Positions 28,845-37,371 of a stretch of 64,000 bases of DNA are shown piece by piece. Made by a program: the position numbers and the translations under genes. Numbering within the stretch: position 1 is the first letter of the stretch; every line of letters starts with the position of its first letter. Source of the DNA: an uncultured virus (IMG/VR IMGVR_UViG_2873337989_000001). Its lineage: Duplodnaviria; Heunggongvirae; Uroviricota; Caudoviricetes. The notes under the pieces were generated by a model, which saw nothing but the letters and a program-made list of their open reading frames with translations, ran no database searches and was not told the DNA's origin. The stretch lies in IMG/VR virus record IMGVR_UViG_2873337989_000001; one strand, given 5' to 3'.

Positions 28845-30338
28845 GTGAACCTCACCGCGACCCTCTCCGTGCCCATCACCCTGCCGGACGGCCAGCGCCT
28901 CGCCCCGCACACCAACCTGCCCGGCCCCGGCAGCACTCTCGGCAACCTCCCCACCCCGATCCTCACCGGCCGCCTGATCCCCATCCACGCCGGTGCCCTG
29001 TCCTGCCTCCCCGACGCCGACCCCTTCACCGCCGTGGTCCTCGACCGGAGCGGCCCCTTCCAGACCGAGGCGTACGCCGCCGTCGCCCCCATCGCGGGCA
29101 TGCCGTTCCTGTCGCTGCGCTGGGACGCCGACGAGCAGCAGGTGGCCGACGTCGCATGCTGGGAACACGGCTACGAGGCCGCCCGCGCAGCCGGATACCT
29201 GGCCGTCTGGCGCGGCGCCGAGAGCCAAGTCCACGTTGGGCTCCGCTGGTACGGCAGGGGCGCCCGCCGAGTCATCGGCCCGCGCTGGGGCGGCATCGTC
29301 ACCCGCACCGGTGGCCGCTGCGTCGTCTACACCGACCACCAGGACGAGCCCATCGGGACCGCCCAGGGCTTCCTCAGCGGCGCACGCAAGCTTGCCCGCC
29401 ACCACGGCCACCCCTCCCGGTCCGTGGTCATCGAGACACCTACTGACCCTTCCCCGCTTGGGCGCGGCCCGCACCGCACGGGCCGCGCCCCTCCCCCTGA
29501 AACGGACCTTCTGATGGACTACCGCATCGACCCCACCCTGACCCCCGACCAGTTCCGCGCGGCCTATCGCCGCGCCGAGCAGGCTGACCGCCTCGGCTGG
29601 ACCATCCAGCAGGCCCACGCCATCCGGCTCGCGGCCGCCGGCGACTTGCACCGCGACGCGCGCGGCTACTACCAGACCGGTGTTCGCGCCCCGCGCGGCC
29701 GAGCAGTCGCCCGCGACCGTATCCGCGCCCTGGCCGCCGCCGGGTTCCTCACCGAGTCAGAGACGGGCGTCACCTTGACCGGCGACGGGAAGGCCGCGCT
29801 GGCTGTGTGGGAGGAGTTCCACCCCGTCCCGGCCGTCGAGGAGGCCGAGCCGGTCGCGCCGCTGTACGGCGGGCAGGAAGCACGCCGCCGCCGCCAGGCA
29901 TGGGAGGCGGCCATGGCGCGCCACCAGGCCGATCTCAAGGCGCGTACGGAGGCGACGCTGGCGCGGCTGGAAGCGTCGGAGAAGGCCGAGCGTGAGCGAC
30001 GGCAGCAGCGGTACGCGAGCAGTTTCGTGAGCGTGTGGGACGCGATCAACGGGCCCGCCCCGGCCTACACCTACGAGAGCGACGGGACGGTTACCCTCGA
30101 CGGGGTCGACGTCACCCGGTACGACGCGGACACCACGAGCGAGGCCTCGCCCGCCGAGGTTGCCCCGGTCGCCCCGCACACCGCCCCGCGCCGCCTGTTC
30201 CCCCGCACGGCCCGCCATACCGCTCGCCGCACGGCCGTGGCACAGCGCGGGCCCGCCCGCCGCACTGGCCGTCCGGCTGCCCTACGCCTCGACCGCGCCA
30301 GGCACGGCCGCCCGCCCCACTCGACCTTGACCCACTGA
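28845..30338 (+). CDS. hypothetical protein(s); probably two genes (28845..~29447 and 29514..30338) fused in frame
   Basis: AGGAAG before GTG 28845; internal intergenic-type hairpin at 29460-29490 and in-frame ATG at 29514. Confidence 0.55.
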   Translation: MNLTATLSVPITLPDGQRLAPHTNLPGPGSTLGNLPTPILTGRLIPIHAGALSCLPDADPFTAVVLDRSGPFQTEAYAAVAPIAGMPFLSLRWDADEQQVADVACWEHGYEAARAAGYLAVWRGAESQVHVGLRWYGRGARRVIGPRWGGIVTRTGGRCVVYTDHQDEPIGTAQGFLSGARKLARHHGHPSRSVVIETPTDPSPLGRGPHRTGRAPPPETDLLMDYRIDPTLTPDQFRAAYRRAEQADRLGWTIQQAHAIRLAAAGDLHRDARGYYQTGVRAPRGRAVARDRIRALAAAGFLTESETGVTLTGDGKAALAVWEEFHPVPAVEEAEPVAPLYGGQEARRRRQAWEAAMARHQADLKARTEATLARLEASEKAERERRQQRYASSFVSVWDAINGPAPAYTYESDGTVTLDGVDVTRYDADTTSEASPAEVAPVAPHTAPRRLFPRTARHTARRTAVAQRGPARRTGRPAALRLDRARHGRPPHSTLTH

Positions 30339-30416
30339 CCCGACAGTGTGCGGGCCGAACCGCTCGGCCCGCACCCCCGCCCCCTTCGACCAGCCCCAGG
30401 AAAAGGACCCGCAGCC

Positions 30417-30872
30417 GTGAAGCACTCCACCCTCGCCCACCTCCTGGCCGCCAGGCAGCTCGACGACCACGACCACGAGCATCACGCCCACATCGGCGCA
30501 GGCAGCCAGACCATCAAGATCTGCCTGTGGTCGAGCAGCCAGCGGCCCGAGCTGGCCCGCGCGTACTTCGACGCCATCGCGCCGCATCTCGAGCAAGGAT
30601 GGAGCCTTGACGTGGCCGCCACGTTCGGCCGACCGGTCGTCAGGTCGTTCACGATCTGGCGGGGCCCGGCGCAGGGGGAGCCCGAGCCGGTCAAGGCGCA
30701 GGACGCGCCGCTGCCAACACCGTCAGGCTGCCGTCACTGCGGCTTGGAAAAGCGCGACCACATGGGCCGATGGAAGTCAGGCGCGGGCTGGCACGGCTGG
30801 GTGGAGCCCACCGACGAGCAGCGCAAGGCGCGCATGCTCGACCGGCGCGCACGCCGCGCCGCCCGCCAGTAG
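30417..30872 (+). CDS. hypothetical protein with CRHC...H motif
   Basis: AAGGA RBS, GTG start; followed by a terminator-like hairpin. Confidence 0.6.
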   Translation: MKHSTLAHLLAARQLDDHDHEHHAHIGAGSQTIKICLWSSSQRPELARAYFDAIAPHLEQGWSLDVAATFGRPVVRSFTIWRGPAQGEPEPVKAQDAPLPTPSGCRHCGLEKRDHMGRWKSGAGWHGWVEPTDEQRKARMLDRRARRAARQ

Positions 30873-30886
30873 GCCCGCTGTACGGC

Positions 30887-30918
30887 GAAGGCCCGAACCC
30901 ACGAGTCTCGGGCCTTTC
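30887..30918 (+). terminator. intrinsic terminator-like hairpin
   Basis: GAAGGCCCGA...TCGGGCCTTTC. Confidence 0.55.
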
Positions 30919-31072
30919 CTGCGTTTCCGGGCGGATCCCCCGCGGCTCACCCTACGATGGCCGCATTCCACCAAGAACGCGCAAGGAGCCAGCCGGAGGA
31001 GAGGGGGCAAAGAGCCGGAGGGAATCCGGACGCAACCCCTTCCGACCGTTCCTTGACTTGTGTGGAATCTCC

Positions 31073-31246
31073 ATGACTTCTGATCGTGTTGTCCTGGTCG
31101 CGCTCGCCGTAGTGGCCGCCATCAGCATCGCAACTGCCCTCCTCCTCGCGGACGGCTCAACGTGGCCGGCCGCGCTCCTCGGCGGGCTCGCCGCCGGCGG
31201 CGCCACCCTGTGGGGGATGCTCGGCTGGCTCAGCAGCAGCCCATGA
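31073..31246 (+). CDS. small two-TM protein
   Basis: 57 aa, VVLVALAVVAAISIA...AALLGGLAAGGATLW. Confidence 0.5.
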   Translation: MTSDRVVLVALAVVAAISIATALLLADGSTWPAALLGGLAAGGATLWGMLGWLSSSP

Positions 31247-31489
31247 CCCGGCTCGCTCCTCCCTGACTCCCGGTAGGTGGTAGGTGCGCACGCTCCCGTC
31301 GTAGGTGCGCACCTCCACCTCGAGCCCCAGGCGGGCCTCCAGCTCCGCAACGCGCGCCTCCACCCGACTGACGCGCTCCAGCGCCTCAGAGAGCAGCTTC
31401 TCGGCACGCTGCGGGACGGTGAACGGCTGCGCCCGATCAGCGACCGGAGCCGACAACCAAGGGTGCGTCTGCGTGAAGCGGCCCCCCAT
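31157..31489 (-). CDS. hypothetical coiled-coil protein
   Basis: GGGAGG RBS; RVEARVAELEARL; 3' end overlaps the convergent small gene. Confidence 0.45.
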   Translation of the reverse strand: MGGRFTQTHPWLSAPVADRAQPFTVPQRAEKLLSEALERVSRVEARVAELEARLGLEVEVRTYDGSVRTYHLPGVREERAGSWAAAEPAEHPPQGGAAGGEPAEERGRPR

Positions 31490-31556
31490 CAGCCTCCCGC
31501 CGTCACCGCCCGTACCCGAAACCGGGTCTACGTCTCCAGAATCCCCCGCCCCATAC

Positions 31557-32087
31557 CTACTCACCGTCACCACCCGCCGATGCAGCCGCCGCCTGCTCGG
31601 CCTCGGCCGCCCGACGCTCCTTCGCCTTACGCACCCGCTCCAGCACGCTCTCCACCACCCCGTCCTGATGCGACAGCTCCACCGGCCGCCCCTCCGGCCC
31701 CGAAATCTCGTACGCCTTCACCGGCCTCCACTCCGGGTCCATCCGAGACATCAGCTCCAACGCCACCTTCCCGTTCGGCGGCGTCACCTGCGTCTCCTCC
31801 GTCCCGTCCGGCCGGACCGCCCGCTTGATCTCCACCCCGCCCACCGCATCCTGGTACGCCGCGTTGAACAGCTCCCCGATCACCTTCGTACGCGCGCGCG
31901 TACACCTGTCGGAGAAGTCGGAGAACAGCTCGGGGGCGTCGTCGGCTTCTCCTTGGGCGAGCCAGTCGTGGAGGGTGGCTCGGTTTACGCCTACGAGGGC
32001 TGCGGTTCGGCGTACGGAGTTGCCTGCTTCGAAGGCTTCGACGATCTTGTCGGCGAGGTCGGGGGTGAGTTTGGTTGGGCGTCCCAC
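31557..32087 (-). CDS. terminase small subunit-like HTH protein
   Basis: MGRPTKLTP...HTH (TAALVGVNRATLHDWL); C-terminal EISGPEGRPV typical of TerS. Confidence 0.65.
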   Translation of the reverse strand: MGRPTKLTPDLADKIVEAFEAGNSVRRTAALVGVNRATLHDWLAQGEADDAPELFSDFSDRCTRARTKVIGELFNAAYQDAVGGVEIKRAVRPDGTEETQVTPPNGKVALELMSRMDPEWRPVKAYEISGPEGRPVELSHQDGVVESVLERVRKAKERRAAEAEQAAAASAGGDGE

Positions 32088-32130
32088 CGGGTCCTCCTGG
32101 TGCGTGTCGTGGTGGCTGGTGCCTTGGTGG

Positions 32131-32847
32131 TTAGGGGGTGGGGGTGCCGATGTTGCGGATGTAGTCGAGGACGGAGTTGCGGTAGACGGTGACGGCCTTC
32201 CCTACGCGGCGGCCCTGGAGTTCTTCCGAGTCGACGAGGGCGCGTACGCGCTGGGGGGAGAGGTCGAGGACGGTGGCCGCTTCGGTGGTGGTGAGGTCGT
32301 GGTTGGGGACGCGGCGGCGGAAGGCGTTGATGACGCGGGTGCGGTTGGCGTCGGTGTAGTAGCGGTGGGGTCCGCTGCCGGTGCGGAAGATACGGCCGTC
32401 TTCGTGGAGGGTGCGGACGGCGTAGCGGGCTTGGACGAAGGTGGTGTCGGGGGTGACGAGGTCGAGCACGGTGATGCCGTGGGCGCCGGTGGCGTCGATG
32501 CGCTGGTAGGTGCGTTCGGCGCAGGCGGTGATCTCTTCTTTGCTGCGGTAGGTGGTCTTCGTGTCGGTCTCGGGCTGTGCGTCGGGGGTGGCGGGGATGG
32601 TGCCGAAGATTGGGATGGTCGTCTCGGCGAGGAGGACGTCGCTGGTCTTCAGGTGGCGGGCCGCAGTGGTGATGCCGTCGAGGGTGACGGTGTCGGCCTG
32701 GGGGAGGAAGTCGGCGCCGGTGACGATGGCTCGCAGGCCCTGGGCGAAGTCGTCGGCGAGGTCGGAGAGGCGGGCGAACTCAGCGCGTGGGACGGCGATG
32801 GTGTCCTCGGCGGCGGCCGCGGCGGTCGTGGTGGGGGCGATGGTCAT
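32131..32847 (-). CDS. DNA-binding protein with C-terminal excisionase-type HTH
   Basis: LTTTEAATVLDLSPQRVRALV...LQGRRVG...SVLDY. Confidence 0.7.
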   Translation of the reverse strand: MTIAPTTTAAAAAEDTIAVPRAEFARLSDLADDFAQGLRAIVTGADFLPQADTVTLDGITTAARHLKTSDVLLAETTIPIFGTIPATPDAQPETDTKTTYRSKEEITACAERTYQRIDATGAHGITVLDLVTPDTTFVQARYAVRTLHEDGRIFRTGSGPHRYYTDANRTRVINAFRRRVPNHDLTTTEAATVLDLSPQRVRALVDSEELQGRRVGKAVTVYRNSVLDYIRNIGTPTP

Positions 32848-32872
32848 GGTCGTCTCTCTCCTGTTGCGGGGG

Positions 32873-33679
32873 CTAGTTGCTGTTGGGGGCCGGGCTCTGC
32901 TTGAGCCAGGCGTGGAGCTCGGTGTCGACGAGGGTTTCGAGCTCTCCGAGGGTGCGGCGCATCTCTCCGGTGAGGAAGACGCGGGCGGAGTCGGCGTCGA
33001 CTCCGGTCTCCTGGACGATCTGCTGGACGAGGGCGGGCGCCTGGTCTTCGAGGAGCTGGCGGACGGTGTCGGGTCCGAGGTTGTGCCGGTGGGCGAGGCT
33101 GGCCAGGGCCTTGCGGCGGCCGTCGAGGGCGGCGCGGAGGCTGCGGGTGGAGAGGCTGGCGGGTTCGGGGTTGGGGTTGTGCCAGGTGGCCGCGTTGTTG
33201 TCGGTCTCGCGGACGGTGACGGTGTGGACGTGGACGTCGCGGCGGGTGGTGGCGGCGTCGAGCCAGGTGTGGGCGTGGTGGGCGAGCAGCTGCGCGACGC
33301 CCTCGACGGAAGGCCATGCGATGTCGGGGAAGTCGCGGCCGAAGATGAACAGGCGCTGGCCGCGCTCGTCGAAGGCCTTGGCGAGGGGCGAAGGGGCGAA
33401 GTTGTCGGTGTCCCAGTGTTCGGTGGTTGGGCGGAGGAGGGGGACGAGGTTGTCTCCGGTGCCGAGCATGAGGGAGTGGTCGAGCCGGGTGTCGATCCAC
33501 TGGATCATCTGCTTCTTGAAGGCGCCGAACTCGACGAGGACGCCGTCCTTGTCGAGGGAGGGGCCGGCGATGGTGATGGAGACGCGCCAGGTGTGGCCGT
33601 GCAGGCTGGAGCATTTGCCGGCGAGGTGGGGGAGCGAGTGGGCGGCGTGGAAGGTGTGGTCGACGGTCTGGGTGTACAC
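32873..33679 (-). CDS. queD: 6-carboxy-5,6,7,8-tetrahydropterin synthase with C-terminal extension
   Basis: FHAAHSL...KCSSLHGHTW, LDHSL, PSVEGVA, VRETD; GTG start with GAGGGA upstream. Confidence 0.85.
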   Translation of the reverse strand: MYTQTVDHTFHAAHSLPHLAGKCSSLHGHTWRVSITIAGPSLDKDGVLVEFGAFKKQMIQWIDTRLDHSLMLGTGDNLVPLLRPTTEHWDTDNFAPSPLAKAFDERGQRLFIFGRDFPDIAWPSVEGVAQLLAHHAHTWLDAATTRRDVHVHTVTVRETDNNAATWHNPNPEPASLSTRSLRAALDGRRKALASLAHRHNLGPDTVRQLLEDQAPALVQQIVQETGVDADSARVFLTGEMRRTLGELETLVDTELHAWLKQSPAPNSN

Positions 33680-33725
33680 GGCCTGGTGGAGTCCCTCTGT
33701 GGGTGGTTCGGTGTCGGGCGCGGGG

Positions 33726-33754
33726 AGTGTGACAGGTTGCGCGGTTAGCGTCTT
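33726..33754 (-). promoter_or_regulatory. class-II promoter motif upstream of queD
   Basis: AAGACGCTAACC-N11-CACACT on the minus strand. Confidence 0.5.
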
Positions 33755-34011
33755 GTCCGGCTCGTGTAGGGCTGTGGCGGCCGGTGGGGGTGCGCGGTCG
33801 GGCGTTGGTCGCGTAGGAAGGCGCCGTCTGCGCTGTCGAGGAGGGTGCGCAGGGTGTAGAGGGCGGCGAGCGTCCAGGCGAGGACGGCGAGCAGGACATT
33901 GCCGGTGGTGAGGGCGGCCCACACGAGCACGGCGATAGTGAGGATTCGGCTGGCCTGTCCGGCGAGGGCGAGGGCGGCGCGGCCGCGGGTGTCGGCGTCG
34001 TTCTGGTTCAT
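33745..34011 (-). CDS. small two-TM membrane protein
   Basis: ATGA coupling; ILTIAVLVWAAL...LLAVLAWTLAALY. Confidence 0.55.
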   Translation of the reverse strand: MNQNDADTRGRAALALAGQASRILTIAVLVWAALTTGNVLLAVLAWTLAALYTLRTLLDSADGAFLRDQRPTAHPHRPPQPYTSRTRR

Positions 34012-34283
34012 GCGCCCGGCCCTGCGGCGTCGGCGTAGCAGCTGCCGAGGCCGAGCGCGACCGGTGCGGGGGGCTGTGCCTGGCTCTTGCCGATGCGGGT
34101 CATGATCTGCATGAGGTCGGCGAAGCCGGGCCGCGGTGTCGGCGCGGCGGCGGGCGGGGCGAACCAGTCGCGCGGCTTGGCGGGCGCGGGGAGGGTCGGG
34201 GCGGCGGGGCATGGGAACGCGACGGTGGTGGCGCGCTGTTCGTGCAGCTCGGCGACCAACCGGTCATAGATCGGCGTGTTCAT
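34008..34283 (-). CDS. hypothetical protein
   Basis: MNTPIYDRLVAEL...; near-match class-II motif at 34308-34319 upstream. Confidence 0.5.
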   Translation of the reverse strand: MNTPIYDRLVAELHEQRATTVAFPCPAAPTLPAPAKPRDWFAPPAAAPTPRPGFADLMQIMTRIGKSQAQPPAPVALGLGSCYADAAGPGA

Positions 34284-34347
34284 GCGCCGATGGGTAGCAG
34301 GTCGTTTCGTTAGCGTCGCGTCGCCCTGATCAGAGGGGGGCGGTGGG

Positions 34348-34584
34348 CTACTCGGCGGTGGTCTTGCGGGGGCGGCCGCGGCCCTTCGTCTGTCCTTCGT
34401 GGTGGGAGTTGACGGTGCAGCCGCAGGGGAGCGCGACGTCGTCGGGGTCGCAGTCTGGGTCGGGGTTGATGCGGCGGCCCTTGCACTCGTCGTGGTTGCC
34501 GGTGGCGCACGCGAAGGACCAGGTTTCGAGGACTTCTCTCGGCTGTCCGGGCGGCGGGACGATGGAGGCGTTCGCGGAGACCAT
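34348..34584 (-). CDS. small Cys/His-rich protein with AT-hook-like tail
   Basis: C..G.H..C...PCGC...HH; GRGRPRK. Confidence 0.55.
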   Translation of the reverse strand: MVSANASIVPPPGQPREVLETWSFACATGNHDECKGRRINPDPDCDPDDVALPCGCTVNSHHEGQTKGRGRPRKTTAE

Positions 34585-34622
34585 GGGACCAGGATCGCAT
34601 GAGAGCGCACATAAGCTGCTAT

Positions 34623-34638
34623 GCGAACCCGTGTTCGA
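34623..34638. promoter_or_regulatory. LexA (SOS) box-like site
   Basis: GCGAAC-CCGT-GTTCGA, one mismatch to the actinobacterial TCGAAC-N4-GTTCGA consensus. Confidence 0.6.
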
Positions 34639-34806
34639 TTATTTCGAGTCGACGTTATGAGTACCAACTATGGCTAGCAATAAAATCACCGATTTCTTTT
34701 GCGTAGTCAGATGTCGATATCTTCAGGCAACGCTTTAACGGATTAAACAATGTCGGCGGCGCTACGAATCGCGCTACCAAAACGCACAACGACACGGATT
34801 AAGGAA

Positions 34807-34932
34807 CTGTAGAGAACCTGGAGAAACTCCAGAACCTCTAGAGCCTGGAGACCGTACAGAGCATGGAGACAATGGAGAGCATGCTAACCGCGCAGGCAGT
34901 GGAGCCACTGGAGACAGTGGAGAGCACGCTAT
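34807..34932 (+). repeat. degenerate 9-bp-period tandem array (nnnTGGAGA), 14 units
   Basis: CTGTAGAGA ACCTGGAGA AACTCCAGA ACCTCTAGA GCCTGGAGA CCGTACAGA GCATGGAGA CAATGGAGA GCATGCTAA CCGCGCAGG CAGTGGAGC CACTGGAGA CAGTGGAGA GCACGCTAT. Confidence 0.85.
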
Positions 34933-35061
34933 CCGGAGGGGGAACGCGCAACTGCGCGGAAGGTCATGCTGGTCAGCAGGCTTTCTTCTCGGAAGGCTCC
35001 GCGTCTTTGAGAGATTTAGTTGCGGGCGCGGTCGCAGCGGCTACGATTAACCGCAACAGAA

Positions 35062-35095
35062 GGGGCCCGGTCTGCTGGCAGGCAGACCGGGCCCC
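35062..35095. terminator. 14-bp perfect hairpin
   Basis: GGGGCCCGGTCTGC-TGGCAG-GCAGACCGGGCCCC. Confidence 0.6.
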
Positions 35096-35227
35096 ACAGG
35101 TACAGCCCATCAGGCTGTTACGCCTCGCAGGCTAAGCGCCGGTACGAAACGCAATTGACACGTATTAGTGTAGCGCTTCGCTTGCAGCGTCTTCCTGGTC
35201 ATGGGCATGTTCATCCCGGAGGAAGCC

Positions 35228-35362
35228 ATGGAGTCCTGCAAGATTTCGATCAACCTCGACGTGCCGAGGCATGTTCAGCGCCTGGTGTGGATCGTGATGG
35301 TCATCGTGATCGCGGTCGTCGTGCTCGTACGGCACGGCGCCACCTTCGCCATGAGCATCTAG
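35228..35362 (+). CDS. 44-aa single-TM peptide (not in the ORF track)
   Basis: GGAGG RBS; MESCKISINLDVPRHVQRLVWIVMVIVIAVVVLVRHGATFAMSI. Confidence 0.55.
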   Translation: MESCKISINLDVPRHVQRLVWIVMVIVIAVVVLVRHGATFAMSI

Positions 35363-35489
35363 CTTCACCGGCGAGGCGGCCGCACTGCGGGCGTCTCGCC
35401 GAGCATGCCGGTCTGGCCAGGCACGTCAGGGCGGCCGCCCGGTTGTGCAGGGCGGCCGCCTTTACAGTGTCTATCTGTCTTGTGTCCTT

Positions 35490-35777
35490 CTACGCCGGAT
35501 CAGGCGTCTTGTCTGATGGTTGCTCGCTCTCCTCCATGGTGGTGAAGAGGTCGGCCTGTCCGGTCACCTCCCGGTGCGTGCGGGGGACCTGGACGCGCAG
35601 GCGGCCGCCGCGGCGGTGCTGGCGCTGCCCGCGCCGGCACTTGTCGCCCTTGCGGTGGAGCAGGGACTTGTTCGCCCAGATGCGGCGGCCGCACCCTCTG
35701 CAACGCGACCAGGGGCGGCGGGCGGGTTCCTCTTCGGCCGAGACGGTTTGGTCGAGGAGGAGGAAGTCGTCGGTCAC
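35490..35777 (-). CDS. DUF6011-like zinc-finger protein
   Basis: CRGCGRRI...S....GDKC; GTGA coupling. Confidence 0.55.
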   Translation of the reverse strand: MTDDFLLLDQTVSAEEEPARRPWSRCRGCGRRIWANKSLLHRKGDKCRRGQRQHRRGGRLRVQVPRTHREVTGQADLFTTMEESEQPSDKTPDPA

Positions 35778-36358
35778 TCGCCGCCGCCAGCGAGCTCGGT
35801 GTCCTCGCACCCTGGGAGGGGCTCGTTGATGCGGCGGGCCAGGGCCAGGGCAGCGGTCCAGTCGTGGCGGATCTGGCCGCAATCGTTGGCCACGACGCGG
35901 CGGCGGTCGGGCCCGGTGAGGGCGGTGCCTGCGTAGCGCTCGAACGCGCCATGGTCGTCCATGTCGTCGGCCGCGTGGTCCAGCCACTCCTCAATGAACT
36001 CGGCCATGGCGGGGCTGGTGAGGGTGATCCATGCGGCTACGCGCGCGTCGAGCATGCCGGTGAAGAAGTGCGCCTCGTACATGGCGTCTTCGTGGGTGTG
36101 GGTGAGCCGGTCGTGGGCGACGGCTGCCTCTCCGGTGGCGGTGTAGGCGGGGCCGGTCATCGGCCCCCATGGGCTGTCGGTGCTGACGGACGGCCGGGTC
36201 GGGTCGGGCTGCTTGTTGTGGACGAGGTACCAGGGGTCCCATTCGTCTGCGCGTCCGGTCATGGTGGCGGCACGGGCGGCGGCGGCTCGCTCGCGCCAGG
36301 TGGTGAGGGCGGCGCGGATCTCATCGGCCGGGGTAGGGGCGGGGCTCGGTGTGGTCAC
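35774..36358 (-). CDS. hypothetical protein
   Basis: GGAGA RBS; DARVAAWITLTSP...EEWLD. Confidence 0.65.
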   Translation of the reverse strand: MTTPSPAPTPADEIRAALTTWRERAAAARAATMTGRADEWDPWYLVHNKQPDPTRPSVSTDSPWGPMTGPAYTATGEAAVAHDRLTHTHEDAMYEAHFFTGMLDARVAAWITLTSPAMAEFIEEWLDHAADDMDDHGAFERYAGTALTGPDRRRVVANDCGQIRHDWTAALALARRINEPLPGCEDTELAGGGE

Positions 36359-36432
36359 GGTGTCTCCAGGGTGAGGGCCGCCCGGCTCGCGGCCGGGCGG
36401 GGAGCGGCGTCTTCAGGTCGGGTTGGTTGTGC

Positions 36433-37341
36433 TCAGTCGCTGGTGGGCCTGACGAACTCAGCGACGTCGTTCCAGCGGTCGGAGACGGCCGTTAGGAGGC
36501 TGCGCTCCTCCTCCATGTCGGCCGTGTCGAGTGCCCACTGGTCGTGGTCGAGCAGGTCGTCGATCTCCCCGGCGATGAGCGCGTCCAGGGTGGTGGGGTC
36601 CAGCGCGTCGAGCTCCCACGAGCTGTAGCCGTGCTGCTCGATGTAGCCAGTCGCGCGGGAGTCGGTCAGCTTGGCCGGGTTCGGCGGCGGGTTGTACTGC
36701 TCGACCTGGTCCATGTTGAGGGCGATGCGGCTGATCTCGACGTTGGCCCCGAACAGCTCCAGGCGGTCGCGGATGTCGCGCGTCATGTCCACCCCGGACG
36801 GGTCGTGGTCTCCCAGGTGGAGGATGACCGGCTTGTGGCCAGCCCGGTTGTAGCGGATGAGCCGCTGCGCAGCCTGGTAGACCTCCGAGATGCTGGTGTA
36901 GCCGCGGCAGGAGAAGTAGTCGACGTCATATCGCTCGCACACTCCGGCGATGACTCCGACGAGGGCGTCTTTCTCGATCCACACCTCGACGCGGTGGGGC
37001 TGGTTGGCCCACCGCTGGGTGCGGTAGCTGTAGGCGACGGACGCGACGATGTGGCTCGGGTCGTTCCAGTGGGGCAGGCCGCGCAGGTTGCGGGTGCGGT
37101 CGACGATGTAGTCCCAGTCCATGTCGCCGGCAAGCCGGGCGGCGGTGACGATTTCGCCGAGCCGGTTGTACTGGCGCTGGTGGTTCTCCAGCCAGCCGCG
37201 GGCGACGAACTGGTAGTAGAGCTGTCGCAGCGTGAGGTCGAACCCCTGGCGCTGGTAGTCGGCGCAGATGGCGTTGGCCTTCTCGATGATGTCGAGGTGG
37301 GCGGTGGAGAAGTTCTTGGGGACGTAGCAGCGGCGGGCCAT
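36433..37341 (-). CDS. Topoisomerase VI subunit A / Toprim-like (JetD-related) protein
   Basis: LTLRQLYYQ winged helix with Tyr; VWIEKDAL; LGDHDPSG Toprim DxD; WELDAL. Confidence 0.75.
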   Translation of the reverse strand: MARRCYVPKNFSTAHLDIIEKANAICADYQRQGFDLTLRQLYYQFVARGWLENHQRQYNRLGEIVTAARLAGDMDWDYIVDRTRNLRGLPHWNDPSHIVASVAYSYRTQRWANQPHRVEVWIEKDALVGVIAGVCERYDVDYFSCRGYTSISEVYQAAQRLIRYNRAGHKPVILHLGDHDPSGVDMTRDIRDRLELFGANVEISRIALNMDQVEQYNPPPNPAKLTDSRATGYIEQHGYSSWELDALDPTTLDALIAGEIDDLLDHDQWALDTADMEEERSLLTAVSDRWNDVAEFVRPTSD

Positions 37342-37371
37342 GCGGGCTCCTGGGGCGTGTTGGAGGGGGAG

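Noticed and set aside
34807..34932. CRISPR array or protein-coding repeat (ORF 34863..35135)
   Set aside because: The units are 9 bp, contiguous, with no spacers and no cas genes. The periodic frame has a stop at 34839 and no convincing gene context.
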